NCBI RefSeq assembly: GCF_018350175.1
Contig: NC_058368.1
Span: 214,336,001 to 214,400,000 of the forward strand
Reading direction: 5' to 3'
Origin: Felis catus
Taxonomy: Eukaryota
Length of the DNA: 64,000 bases
Shown piece after piece: positions 24,590 to 37,662 of this stretch. Position 1 is the first letter of the stretch; each line of letters opens with the position of its first letter. The notes under the pieces were generated by a model. It made no database searches. It was not told the DNA's origin and saw only the letters and a program-made list of their open reading frames with translations. The position numbers were made by a program, and so were the translations under genes.

Positions 24590-25300
24590 TACAGAAAAAT
24601 AATAGAGTGATAAATATTCTGAATCTTTCAGATTTTAGAATAAATTTCAGTTATCTTTTTGATATAAAAGGTAGTTTAACTAGCCTAATATTATTCACTG
24701 AAATACTCATTTTGAAAAATGAAGGTTTTTAAACATATGATTACATCCAGGAATTTGTTTTACAGAGGAGAAGATTGAAGCTGACATTATTTTAATTATA
24801 TTTCCTTCTAGGATGCTTCTTGGATTACTTATTTATCCTTGAAATTTGAGTTTTTGTTGTGCTATTTCTTGTTGTTAACATGTTTTTGAAAATGCTTAGG
24901 CAAAACTTCAGGTTTTAAAATTTTGTTCTGATCTGGAATGTTTCTGTCTCTATCTTTGACTATTACTTCTGAATTGTTTACTCTTGTGGCTTCTCCGAGG
25001 AAGTATACTAATTTCAATTTGCATCTCTGTTTGCTGTCTTCTCCATGCCTGGTATCTTCCTCCTCATTTTTCTTTCCATTCACTTTGCTTCTCCTAATTC
25101 TTGGCTCGTTTTCCTCATACTGTTGATTTTATATATATTTTTTTCTGTTTTACATCTACTTTTATTGTTTCTAAAAGTGATTTCTTGTGTTTGTTTTATT
25201 TTTATATTATTCAACACTATTTTAGATATGGTCTTATGAAACATAAGTTATTGTGTGTATATGTTGGAAGCCTCTCCTTCCTATTTCTTTAATATTGTTA
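24590..25300 (-). mobile_element. Ancient L1M-type relic
   Basis: Degenerate T-rich sequence resembling the antisense L1 ORF1 region. Boundaries approximate. Confidence 0.4.
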
Positions 25301-25823
25301 AATAAATTTATTTCAGGGAAAATGATCTTTTAAGATCCTTTATTTTCCTGTGATTATTGTTAATTTGCAAATACTTTTCTATTTGGTTATTATGACTCAA
25401 GATAGTTCAAAGAATGGTGATATTAAATTGACTTAATTTACATTTTTGGGTAAACATTTCAGACAGTTCAGATAGGTATTTAAAGCAATTTTGATTTTAG
25501 TTCTATTGACTTACATATTAAAGACATGCGTGTGGGCTTTAAAGTCACTCTTCTCTGCTCGAATTAAACCTGAAGAACAGAGATACTTTTTGAGATTCTT
25601 CCTCAATGCTTATTTCTATCATAAATAAATGGCTAAAATTAAAACAAAGAAAACTGGGTGGATGGTTACAAATTATACTTTTATCAGATCATAAGTACAT
25701 GATAAAAAATTCTTATTTCAAGACTGAATTCTCTATGATACCTTATTTGCCATATTCTTTCTTACACAGACTTAACTGAATTCAGTCCATCTTTGTATTT
25801 TTGTTGTGTCTTTACTCACTGAT

Positions 25824-25989
25824 TTTTCAGTAAGGGCAAACTAATTATACCTTTATTGCCATTATTCTCCTTTTTTGTGTTTTAAATTCTGGTAGATTTT
25901 TCTAGGGAGTTTTCAGTAAGGGCAAACTAATAAAAACCTTTATTGCCATTATTCTCCTTTTTCTTCATGGTTTAAATTCTGCTAGATTT
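25824..25989. repeat. Tandem duplication, period 86 bp
   Basis: TTTTCAGTAAGGGCAAACTAAT...CCTTTATTGCCATTATTCTCCTTTT...TTTAAATTCTG occurs at 25824 and 25910. Confidence 0.9.
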
Positions 25990-27002
25990 CATAAAAATCT
26001 TCCTTTAGCTTCAGAAGTTGAACTAATAGACTTTCTGATCTGGAAAGGGTCTCTGACCCTCTTAGCGTTTCCTACAGTGAATCTGTGGCTTCCTATTCTC
26101 CATGCTGAACTTTGTCTTTATTGGAATCACTGCATTATTTATTTACTTATTAGAGCCCTGTTCTCCAAAATCCCATGGCAGAGAGTAAATAACTGAAACA
26201 AGGATCCTCAAATATGAAATTTAAAAGGGGTTCTAGAAAGGAAAGCCAGTGTGCTAGGTGTCACATGTTATATTGTAATCCTTACTCCTTTTCGCTCTGA
26301 GCTCCCTATCTGTGAGCTTTCAGATCCCTATTGTCTATCCAAAGAACTTCCTTTGCCCAGAATCCTGGTAAGCTCCCTGTGACTGTAACTGAATGACTTA
26401 TTTGGACTCTGATAATATTTCAAGTTTCCATCAGAATCTTACTTTATCTTAAAGATGTGTTGTCACCTATCAACTAGTAGCTCTGCCAGTGGCAGTGACA
26501 CTTTAATGTCCCCAGAAAGGGCTTGTCTTTTACCTGCTGCTCTTATGTCTAGTTCTTTAAGAATGACATTCTATCTATAGTCTTTTTGGGATTTATTTTT
26601 CGAAACCTGGTAATGATTTATTACGATGGGTTCATTGATCTATTTATGGCAGTAACATCCTTTGGAAAGTGGGTTACACGACAAAAAATAGAATGTGAAC
26701 AGCTATTCTGTGAACAAAAACAAAGGAATCTGACTTTCAGGATTTGGCATGTATCTAGCAAACTGATCATGATCCTTTACAGATAGAAACATAATTACCC
26801 AACTTAAAATCTAAAACATGATTTCATAAGAAATATAGAGGAAAGCATTTTTTTCAAAGCTAATCTACCTCTTAGAAGCTCTTAGTTACTTTGAATTTCT
26901 TTTCCCATCTCCTTTAATAGATATTTTTAAATCTTCGTTAATTAAAAGGATGCAGTATGATATTGTAGAAAGGTTAACAAACCAAAAGTCAGAGTCCTGA
27001 GT

Positions 27003-27031
27003 TAAAAAAATATTTTTAGCATTTATTCATT

Positions 27032-27073
<42 letters not shown>

Positions 27074-27241
27074 CATAAGTGGGAGAGGGGCAGCGAGAGA
27101 GGGGGACACAGAATCTGAAGCAGGCTTCAGGCTCTGAGCTGTCAGCACAGAGCCTGACGCGGGGACCAAACTCACAGACTGTGAGATCATGACCTGAGCT
27201 GAAGTCGGACGCTTAACCGACTGAGCTACCCAGGCGCCCCA
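27003..27241 (-). mobile_element. SINEC
   Basis: TSD AGAGTCCTGAGT at 26991-27002 and 27242-27253. Several CpGs retained, consistent with a young copy. Confidence 0.95.
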
Positions 27242-27308
27242 AGAGTCCTGAGTATTAATGTCAGCTGTAGAACTAAATAAAATAGCTGTGTGATATTAAA
27301 TTGCATTT

Positions 27309-27530
27309 ATTTTTTTTTAATGCTTATTTATTTGAGAGAGAGAGAACACGAACATGAGCAGAGGAAAGGCAGAGATAGGGAGATAGAAGATCCCAAGCAG
27401 GCTTCACGCTGTTGGCACAGAGCCCTGGGCAGAGAGCCCAGTAAGGCGCTCAAACCCACAAACTGGGAGGTCATGACCTGAGCTGAAATCAAAGTCAGAT
27501 GCTTAACTGACTGAGCCACCCAGACGCCCC
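27309..27530 (-). mobile_element. SINEC
   Basis: SINEC head and tail, flanked by TTAAATTGCATTT and TTAAACTCATTT. Confidence 0.93.
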
Positions 27531-27542
27531 TTAAACTCATTT

Positions 27543-27926
<384 letters not shown>

Positions 27927-28013
27927 ACCTTAAACTGCATTTCTAATCTCTCTGGTCCTCAGTTTTCTCATATGTAAAATAAACAGATTAAATTCTGAGA
28001 TATCATCACGCTC

Positions 28014-28404
28014 TTTTTTTTATTGAGATGTAATTGACATATGACATTGTATTAGGTTTAGGTATACAACTTAGTGATTTGATATTTGTATATATTGCAA
28101 AACGATCACCACAATAAGTCTAGTTAATATCCATCACCACATATAGCTACAGATTTGTTTTCTTGTGATGAGAATTTTAAGATCTATTCTCTTAGCAACT
28201 TTCAAAAATGCAATAACCTACTATTAACTATAGTCACCAGGCTGTATATTACATCCTCAGGACTTATTTATTTTATAACTAGAATTTTGTACCTTTTGAC
28301 TACCTTCACCCATTTCGGTCACCCCCTACATCCCCACCTCTGGCACCCACCAATCTGTTTTCTGTATCTATGAGTTTATTTCTTTGTTTTAAGATTCTAC
28401 ATAT
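28014..28404 (-). mobile_element. L1MA-type (L1MA9/10-like) 3' end
   Basis: TTTATTGAGATGTAATTGACAT...TTAAGATCTATTCTCTTAGCAACTTTCAA...ATTAACTATAGTCACCA is typical of the L1MA 3'UTR. Confidence 0.85.
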
Positions 28405-28670
28405 ACATCTAGACTCTGTCTTAATGTTCTTGATGGTGGGTATATGTGGATAATTTGGACTATCTACTGTTAATTGAATTTTCCCCTCTCCTATAGCACA
28501 TGAAAGTTCATCTGAAACAAATTATAGTAGCTATTATATAGGACAAAGAAAATAATTCTGATTACTGACCAGAACCTTTTAAAATAATTCAACTTACATC
28601 ATTGAAAACATAATTTCTATTTTACCATATTGAAGGAAATAAACAACTACCAGAAAAACAACTATAACTA

Positions 28671-28855
28671 GTTTTTTTTTTTTTTGAGAGGGAGAAAGCA
28701 GGGGAGGAGCAGAGGGAGAGGGAGAGAGAGAATCTTAAGCAGGCCCTGAGACTGACTTGGGGCTCCACGTGGGGCTTGATCCCATAATCCTGGGATCATA
28801 ACCTGAGCCAAAATCAAGAGTCAGATGTTTAACTGACTGAGCCACCTAGGCACCT
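28671..28855 (-). mobile_element. SINEC (older type)
   Basis: TSD CAACTATAACTA 28659-28670 / CAACTGTAACTA 28856-28867. Confidence 0.92.
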
Positions 28856-30566
28856 CAACTGTAACTATTTTAACCATACATACGGCATGGGATGAGCTGA
28901 AAATACCCACACACAAACTTAAATTATATTATCATGATGGAGTTTAGATCAATGCAAGTCTAAAATTATTCTATACCAATCTTCCAAACATGACAAATTT
29001 TATCTAATTGTTCTTTCTCAGATACCAACACAATTAAAAATGTGTGATTGTAGGTTATGGAAGGAATTTTTCAGTATAGATTAGAATGAGTTTTCTGAAA
29101 GTCTTGAATATCTTAGAGAGTTCCATTTTTTAGGTGTGGGAAAGACAATCATTTTCATCATTGAAGAATTCATTTCTTTCTCATGAAACATGATATTGGC
29201 AAAGCAGAGTGAGTGTTTTTGGTAATTTTTTCCTGTTTAATACGTATTCAGATATATCAAAGAGAAGACTTTTTTTTTCTTTTTCCATTGGCCATCCTCC
29301 AATTTTGTTCAGGTCATCTTCTGTTTATCCTATTTTCACAGAGCACATGTTGACCTAGAGAAAAGAGTAATTTTGTCATTTCCTCACTCCTCTGAAACAA
29401 CAGATACAAATTATTTATTTGCTTAAATACATCATAATTTTCTGGGAACATGACCAAAGGAAGATGAAAGTATGGCTTTAGCAATTTAAACAAAACAATG
29501 AGATCAAACTTTCTTGGCTAGAAGGTACTTAGAAATACTATTTGGTTCATTCTCTACCAACAATATTATCTCTTGTTGGAAATCCCATGTTGCCCAGACT
29601 TTCCACTCATTGTTAAGGAATACTCCCTATTTAAAAACTCTTTTAAAACTAGGATGCTATGTTTTTTGACCAAAACAAAAAAACACAAACCCCAGAAAAA
29701 CTCCAAAAACTAAACTCTGAAGAGTTCTAAATTAAAAAAAAAAAAAAAATGAAAACCCTAATCTTCTCTATTCACATGTACTTGGCTGACCCAATTTCCA
29801 TGATAGTGTAATAGAAGGTATTAACTTCCTTAAGTTAACAGCTTGATATTAGTCATTTCATTGATTTATAATAACTCTGTGAATGGTACAACATTTGACA
29901 GATAGGCTTTTAAGAATTTTGCTGATTTTTAACATGTTAGCTATTAATTTATGTTCTTTTACATAGATTATATTCATCCCTTTATTAGAAACTATGGTGC
30001 TAAATTATATTTTGTGGACCATACTCAAAATTAATAGAAACTCCATGCCTAAAGTATAAATATATTGGTTCTTTCTTTTTAGGGAACATATTCAAGTAAT
30101 ATGAGATCAAAATGGTTCAGTTACTAAATAAGAACAGAGGTTTCAAATCTCTTTTTCTAATGCTGATTCATAGTAAGATGTGAGAAGATTTTTTTTTTCT
30201 GATCTGTTGTGATTATAGTAATGAGGCACCTTGAAAATGTAAGCTGTTAATTAATAAGGCTATGTCTAATTGTAGCTGCTTTATACCAGTATCTGGCATT
30301 TTGAACAGTAATCAGATATTAATGTACCCTCACATACACAGAGTTCTAGCCACCACCACCCCATAATTTATTTTTAATCCACCCTCTCTGTTTAGCTCTC
30401 TCTCTATCTAGAGTTAGTATCTCCCATCTCTTGCAGTAATTACTTTATTGTAATGTTTTTATCTTTAGGAAAAATATAGTTTATTTTCTCCTCCAGATCA
30501 GTTTAACTTGTGTCATTGTCTTTCATTGATCACATTTCATCCTTGCCTGTTTCTAAAATGAGACAT

Positions 30567-30585
30567 CTTTTTTTTAACGTTTGTT

Positions 30586-30635
<50 letters not shown>

Positions 30636-30799
30636 AGGAAGTAGGGGAGGGGCAGAGAGAGAGAGAGAGACACAGAATCTGAAGCAGGCTCGAGGCTCTG
30701 AGCTGTGAGCACAGAGCCTGACGCTTGAACCTACGGACCGCAAGATCATGACCTGAGGTGAAGTCAGACGCTTAACTGACTGAGCCACCCAGGTGCCCC
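30567..30799 (-). mobile_element. SINEC
   Basis: Perfect TSD TAAAATGAGACAT at 30554-30566 and 30800-30812. Confidence 0.95.
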
Positions 30800-31130
30800 T
30801 AAAATGAGACATTTTAATTGTTCTTTGAGTCTCTCTATACTTACTTTAATATTTTTTTTTTCAACATGATAAATCTATTTCAGTCATAGCCATAACTGGA
30901 TCCCATTCCCTACTAAAATGGAGATGATTTTGATAGGGATTTTGTAACAATTACAGTACTCAAATGTTAAATGGGCACTAATTTAAGGCCAAGTGTTATG
31001 CCAGTTAACAGTAAAATTAACCAAGCAGTTGGAGGTTCAAGACTATGACTTGAGCATGTCTATCCATCTTCCTCCTGCCAAAGATCTCATTGTAATGATA
31101 GAAATTATATTTTTGAAAGAATAAAAATCA

Positions 31131-31327
31131 GAGAGCCTGGGTGGCTCAGTCGGTTGAGCATCCGGCTTCAGCTCAGGTCATGATCTCACAGTCTGTGAGT
31201 TCGAGCCCCGCATCAGGCTCTGTGCTGATAGCTCAGAGCCTGGAGCCTGCTTCAGATTCGGTGTCCCTCTCTCTTTCTGCCCCTCCCCCACTCATGCTCT
31301 GTCTCAGAAATAAATAAACATTAAAAA
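31131..31327 (+). mobile_element. SINEC
   Basis: Perfect TSD AAAGAATAAAAATCA at 31116-31130 and 31328-31342. Confidence 0.95.
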
Positions 31328-31774
31328 AAAGAATAAAAATCAATACTACATTGGAAAACAATATCTCATTTTGAAGAATTCCATGAAGATAAAAACCTGA
31401 GTGGAATTGGAATGATTGGAAAATTTAGAAGTGAGAAGATGATAGCCAATGGGATCAAGCACAAATATTATTTTTCCTAGAAGAGGTTAGAGAGGCTCTA
31501 AGAACTGAGCTCTGCTATAAAAAAGTAGCATGTACAAGAAGGCCTGGCTAAGGACGATTATCAGGGAAACTAATCAGCAGCTGCTTTGGAAATAGCTGTT
31601 TCTTCTTCATGTTCAAGGAATCTACCATTCATAACTTTGCTGGCTTCTCTAAAGATGTGCACATCTACTTGGCATGAACTCCTAATGTGGGGACCTGAGA
31701 GAGAAGCCTGGTGGAGCTTCAGGTTAACTCTGAAACTTTACCACTTGACACACATGAACATACACCTCCACGTC

Positions 31775-31778
<4 letters not shown>

Positions 31779-31826
<48 letters not shown>

Positions 31827-31832
31827 GTGTGT
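31779..31832. repeat. (AC)n then (TG)n microsatellite
   Basis: Seen directly. Confidence 0.95.
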
Positions 31833-31899
31833 GCACGTAACCAAGCCTTATTTTAAAGAAGTTAGGGTGGAGGAAGAGGGAAGAACCTTCTGTAAATAT

Positions 31900-33090
31900 A
31901 GAGGCAATTCTGCCAACTATTTAACTCAATCAGAGGTTCATAAATGCACAAGCATTGGGAGCACCAGGCTTATAAGGAAAACAAATAGCATGAAGAGAGG
32001 CACAAAGATGAAAACTATAACAAATGATCTCAAAGAAAATAGAGATAATATCCCACATGAAGTTAAAAAAATGCTAATTGTTAATCTCAAAGAAATTTTA
32101 GAAAATACCACTTGCCAAAAAGAATAGGGAAACATAAAATAGGAAACACTGTGGGTAATTTAATGATATGAATGTTAAAGTGCAAAATTTAGTGAAGAGG
32201 ATGAATAATAGAATGAACATGGCTGAAAGGAAAATTGGTATATGGAAGACAAAGTTGACAAAATCTCCCAGAATGTAAGATAAAATTTTGAGATGATAAA
32301 TATAAAAGTACAGAGCAAGTCTTAACAGAAGTTCTGTAAGAAGAGGAAATAATTGCAAAAGTTAATAAGAGAAATTTCCTGAAGTTGTAGAAAGTTCAGG
32401 TCTCAGGAGATCTTGAAGGTGAACTGAATACTAAGAGAAATTAATGAAAAAAGAAGAGAAAGTATAGAAATATCTTGTTTCAATTTAAAAATTCTAAGAG
32501 AAAAAATTCTTAAAAGCTTCTGGAGACATGAAGATAATTCATTTATAATAGGAAAGAGCAATAATCTTAGCAACTCTGGATACTTTGATGCAGTGACTTG
32601 AAAATTATACCAAGATGACAGTCAATTTGTAATTCTCAATGATAATTCAAGCTTTCCATTAAATATTATCTAAAAATTCATATTTTGAACATGTAGAAAC
32701 CCAGAAAATTATACACAGTACCCAATATTCAGAAAAATTGCCCAGAAGTACGTAGGAGAAAAAGAAAAAGTAAAGAGGATGAGTAGATATATGAGACAGA
32801 ATGATAGCACAGTAAGACTGGAAGAATGTTTAAAGGGAGTTGGGAGTCTTGTTACTGTTGACAAAGCAGGAATTTAAGGTATAAGTATTTTATTTAAAAC
32901 TCCATTAATAACCACCAGCAGAACTAAAAAGAATTAATCCTACTAGTGATTCACTCTTTGAAGCGATTCTAAGGATACAGAATTTGAGGGATTTTTACTT
33001 TTCTTTCTGTGTTTCTTGAAATGTATTTTACTACGTAACTATAAGATTTTATAATGATAACAGTGATAAAAATAACTGATTTTGAAAAGA
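31900..33090 (+). mobile_element. Ancient L1ME/HAL1-like relic (ORF1-like region)
   Basis: A-rich degenerate ORF1-like sequence (GAATAATAGAATGAACATGGCTGAAAGGAAAATTGG, GAAATTTCCTGAAG). Boundaries approximate. Confidence 0.5.
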
Positions 33091-33899
33091 AAAAGTCCCG
33101 TGTTCTTTGACATAGTATCAAAGAGTTCTCTCTTTTAAAAATTTTAGAGATGTTTCAGATTTTTCTTAAATAGTTGAAAGGGATCAAGGCGTAGGGTAAG
33201 AAGCAGCATTATTAGGGAATGACAAAGGTTGAAGGCAAGGAGGGCTGGAGATTGAAACGATAACTCTAGGTTGGGAGGAGTTGGAAACAAAATGGATTAT
33301 GATCGAACATCTAGCTCTTGCACCAAGGAAAAGTAACAGGCAGAGTGGGCTTCATGGCTTGTGACCAGTGTAGTTTCTCTGAGCCCCATGCTCAATAGCA
33401 TTCCTTGCTTAGGATTTAATGCTCTGTGGTTGCAGTCTTTAAATTTTTAATCATTTTATTTCTGAATTTGTATTTTGTAAGAGAGTCCAATACAATGCTA
33501 GAATATGTGCTGGGGACTCTGAACCTTGGAGCCTTGGCTCAGGTTTGGTCTACCCCCCTTTCCCTGCCTACTTCTCTAATATTGGTTCTCAGCCTCCTGG
33601 TATCAGCCATTTGGTGCTTTGGGTTCTGGTTGACCCATCCCCACCTTGCCAAGACTGTAACCCTTCTAGTCACATTGGTGGGAGGTTTGTACATGCTGCC
33701 ACTGTCCTGATTTAGGAGGACTTGGGCATTGGCACAGGGAAGGTAGGGGTGAGTCAGATACCTCATGGTGTCTCAGGGTGAGATAGGGCTGTGACCATCT
33801 CTTTTCCAAGCTGGCAGTACAATGGCACAGTCTGCAGGCAACTTAACAAGGGGCCTGCAATGGAAAGAATGTTAGTTGAAGCCTCTAAAAATTCCTATG

Positions 33900-34685
33900 C
33901 CCCATTTCTCCACATCCTCTCCAGCATCTATAGTCTCCTGATTTGTTCATGTTAGCCACTCTGACTGGTGTGAGGTGGTATCTCAGTGTAGTTTTGATTT
34001 GTATTTCCCTGATGAGGAGTGACGTTGAGCATCCCTTCATGTGCCTGTTGGCCATCTGGATGTCTTGCACTGTTGGTGGGAATGCGAACTGGTGCAGCCA
34101 CTCTGGAAAACAGTGTGGAAGTTCCTCAAAAAATTGAAAATAGATCTACCCTATGACCGAGCAATAGCACTGCTAGGAATTTACCCAAGGGATACAGGAG
34201 TGTGGATGGACAGGGGCACTTGTACCCCAATGTTTATAGCAGCACTTTCAACAATAGCCAAATTATGGAAGGAGCCTAAATTTCCATCAACTGATGAATG
34301 GATAAAGAAATTGTGGTTTATGTACACAATGGAATACTACTTGGCAATGAGAAAGAATGAAAAATGGCCTTTTGTAGCAACGTGGATGGAACTGGAGAGT
34401 GTTATGTTAAGTGAAATAAGTCCTACAGAGAAAGACAGGTACCGTATGTTTTCACTCTTATGTGGATCCTGAGAAACTTAACAGAAGACCATGAGAGAGG
34501 GCAAGGAAAAAAAAAAAAACTAGAGAGGGAGGGAGCCAAACCATAAGAAACTCTTAAAAACTGAGAATAAACTGAGGGTTGATGGGGGATGGGGGGGTGA
34601 TGGGCATTAAGGAGGGTACCTGTTGGGATGAGCACAGGGTGTTGTATGGAAACCAATTTGACAATAAATTTCATATTAAAAAAAT
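33900..34685 (+). mobile_element. Young feline L1, 5'-truncated with a 5' inversion
   Basis: Antisense piece 33900-34066, then a sense piece with an open ORF2p C-terminus ([17 protein letters not shown]...MFSLLCGS). TSD AAAAATTCCTATG 33887-33899 / 34686-34698. Confidence 0.95.
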
Positions 34686-34972
34686 AAAAATTCCTATGTC
34701 AAAATTCTTATGTTCAAACCCTAATGTGATGGTATTTAAAGGTAGGGCTTTGGGATGGATTTAAGTCATGAGGGTAGAGCCTTTATGAATGGGATTAGTG
34801 TTCCTATAAAAAGAGCCAAGAGAGCTACCTAGTTCTTCTTCTACTTTGTGAGGATGTAGCAAGAAGACAGCCCTCTGTAAACCAGAAAGAGAACACTCAC
34901 CAGGAACTTGACCATGCTGACTCCCTGATCTCAGACTTCTAGCCTCTAGAACTCTGAGAAATAAATGTTTAA

Positions 34973-35441
34973 TGAATGGATAAAGGCACTTGTTGGGATG
35001 AGCATTGGGTATTGTATGGAAACCAATTTGACAATAAATTATATTAAAAAAGATGTGATTTATATATATAATGGAATACTACTTGGCAATGAGAAAGAAT
35101 GAAATCCTGTCATTTGCAGCAACATGGATGGAACTGGAGGGTATTATGCTAAGTAAAATAAGTCAGTCAGAGAAAGACAGATACCATATGTTTCCACTCA
35201 GATGTGGGTCTTAAGAAACTTAACAGAAGACCATGGGGAAGGAGAAGGGGAAAAAAAGTTATAAACAGAGAGGGAGGGAGGCAAACCATAAGAGACTCTT
35301 AAATACAGAGAACAAACTGAGGGTTGATGGGGGTGGGGGAGAGGAGAAAGTGGGTGATGGGTGTTGAGGAGGGCACTTGTTGGGATGAGCACTGGGTATT
35401 GTATGGAAACCAATTTGACAATAAATTATGTTAAGAAAAAA
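34973..35441 (+). mobile_element. Feline L1 3' fragment
   Basis: ORF2 end, 3'UTR and A-tail. Imperfect TSD GAGAAATAAATGTTTAA 34956-34972 / GAGAACGACATGTTTAA 35442-35458. Confidence 0.92.
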
Positions 35442-36374
35442 GAGAACGACATGTTTAAGCCACTTAGTCTGTGGTAATTTGCTACAGAAGCCCAAACTAA
35501 GAGTGTTTCCCATTGCCTATCCAAGCACCAAGCATAACACAAGATGGGCATTACAATATGTTAGAGTACACCTGCCTGCTGTGAGGTAGGGCTGTAGGCC
35601 TTTGGAAAGGAAAGACTGACTTCCCTGTTTGCAGCAAGAACCATAGATTTTCATTTTGTACTAGGCCCTGCAAATTATGTAGCCATCCCTAGAAGTCTAC
35701 TCCATGTAGAACAATGGCCGTGACATCTTTGGGCACTATCCTGCTGTTTCTATGGGTGCTGTGTGTGTGTGAGGGGGTGTCATGCTTCTGTCCCCCTATT
35801 GCCAAGAGATGATGGAATATCAGGATTCTTGTTGATCTTTATGCTCGTACCCCTGGAATTGCCATAGCCACTTCCTGAGATGATGTCCCCTTCTCATTCT
35901 CAGTAATAGTTTCTTCTCTTGGAATAGTGACCATGCTGCTGCAAGCTTCAAAAAGTCTCCCATGCCTTTGTTGCCAGCCCCAGTTCCAAATCACCCTGTG
36001 GATTTTTTTCTACCTAACTCACCCCTTTTCATCATTTTTATTTCCATGTGTTTTGCTTTCAGCTGCAGGAGGCCCTTATTTGTACTTTTCTGTCTCTTAG
36101 GCTTTTCTTCTTTGTTCCTAATCTAGTGGTAAGATTTAATTTATCTCTTACAAGATCTAAAAGTAGGTGGAATTTTAGATTCTTACTAGTATTTATTCTC
36201 TTCCAAGCCATTTTTCATTTTGGAAATGGCATTTTTCAACATGTCATTATTTGTTCTTTGAGCTTATGTTGAATGCTTTGTCTAAGTCAAGATGCAGTTC
36301 CCCTGAAATTCAGAAGTACATCTATGCTTTTAATTAACTTTATTCCTGTGGATCTTCATTTAAATTCCATCTGA

Positions 36375-36583
36375 GGAGCTCTTGGGTGCCTCAGTTGGTT
36401 AAACATCTGACTTTGGCTCAAGTCATGATCTCATGGTTCATGGCTTCAAGCCCCACATTGGGGTCTGTGCTGAGCTCACAGCCTGAAGCCTGCTTCGGAT
36501 TCTGCGTCTCCCTGTCTCTCTCTGCCTCCCCTGCTCGTGCTCTGTCTCTCTCTTTCTATCTCAAAAATAAATAAACATTAAAA
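36375..36583 (+). mobile_element. SINEC
   Basis: TSD AAATTCCATCTGA 36362-36374 / AAATCCCATTTGA 36584-36596. Confidence 0.93.
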
Positions 36584-36691
36584 AAATCCCATTTGAAATA
36601 ATTTCTGAAAACCAAAAGTCTATAATGCTCAGTAGTGGGGCCTGGCAACTAACATATAAAATTCTCCCTTAGAATTTTTCTGGACAGGTGC

Positions 36692-37210
36692 TGTAATGAA
36701 ACCAAATGAGAGTTCATCCACCCAATATATAGCCAGCCAGTAAAAACTGATACCAAGCCTTTGCAGTGAAGAAAGATAGGCTATTTACTATTGTGGCACC
36801 ATCCAGTAGAATGGGAAGCTAATGCTCAAAAGTCCTGAACTCTGCAATGGATTGCAAGAGAGGGTTTTCAAAGGCAAAATTTGGGGCAGGGGTCTCCTGA
36901 GAAGGTGAATGCCATTGATTGGAGGCCCATGAGGTAATGCTAGCAGGTGTTACCTGATAACTTCTGGTGCCACTTTGTTTGGTTCCCTAGAGATCTATTC
37001 CATCTCAAGAGACTTGTAATCTGAGAAATGTCTTTGTTCTGTATGTCAGAGGTTTTATCAGTGCTGATTAACTACTTGTTCTACAGGTCCTTTGAATGAT
37101 AAGCATTCCCATCCCTTGAGCCTGGGCCCGTGGGTTCCTTGGCTGGTCCAGATGTACTTGGTGGGGGGGGGGCATGTGATATAACCCCCAGTGTTCATTT
37201 TTCTGTCTCA
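36692..37210 (-). mobile_element. ERV1-type LTR (family uncertain)
   Basis: TG...CA ends. GAATGGGAAGCTAATGCTCAAAAGTCCTGAACTC...GGTTTTCAAAGGCAAAATT resembles antisense ERV1 LTRs. Confidence 0.55.
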
Positions 37211-37662
37211 ACTGACAAGATAGACCCAGGCTTCACTGCTCCTTCTTGAAGTAGAAGGAAACTATATAAATTACAAGTATTTTTCACTCAGTTTGTATTT
37301 CATTTTGGTGTTCAGTTGACCATTAGGCATATTTCATAGGAAATTAATATCAGTGTTTCAAGTATTACCACCAATATTTCTTTTTTCTTTCATATTTTCT
37401 GACCCAGCCACTAGAATGGTCCAGATCTCCTACTCTAGGAATAGCAAATAGGAAAGAGAAACAGTGATGAAGGTGAAGTTAGAAGAAGAAAGTGTATTAG
37501 AAGTCTTTGCCAGGTCACTCTGGCCTCCTAAGGCAGAGCTTGGAGAACACCTTGACAAACTTAAAAGTGAGTCTGGCTTTCATATTCTTCAATTAGTATT
37601 GGATGATAGCAGACAATGCTCTAGATTCATGGTAAAGGCATAAAGGAAAAAAATAAAACTGT

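Larger units (their letters stand above)
33856..35504 (+). mobile_element. MLT1A0-like MaLR LTR, interrupted by two L1s
   Basis: Pieces 33856-33899, 34699-34972 (AATGTGATGGTATT...GTCATGAGGGTAGAGCC...GGGATTAGTG) and 35442-35504 (GTTTAAGCCACTTAGTCTGTGGTAATTTG) are colinear. Confidence 0.8.
33341..35691 (+). mobile_element. MER45-family hAT-Tip100 DNA transposon, interrupted
   Basis: Left end CAGAGTGGGCTTCATGG...TTTAATGCTCTG and right end TTTCATTTTGTACTAGGCCCTGCAAATTATGTAGCCATCCCT match the recalled MER45 termini. Confidence 0.75.

Noticed and set aside
31131..31210. tRNA-like A/B box sequence (GTGGCTCAGTCGG...GTTCGAGCCC)
   Set aside because: It is the tRNA-derived head of a SINEC with tail and TSD, not a tRNA gene.
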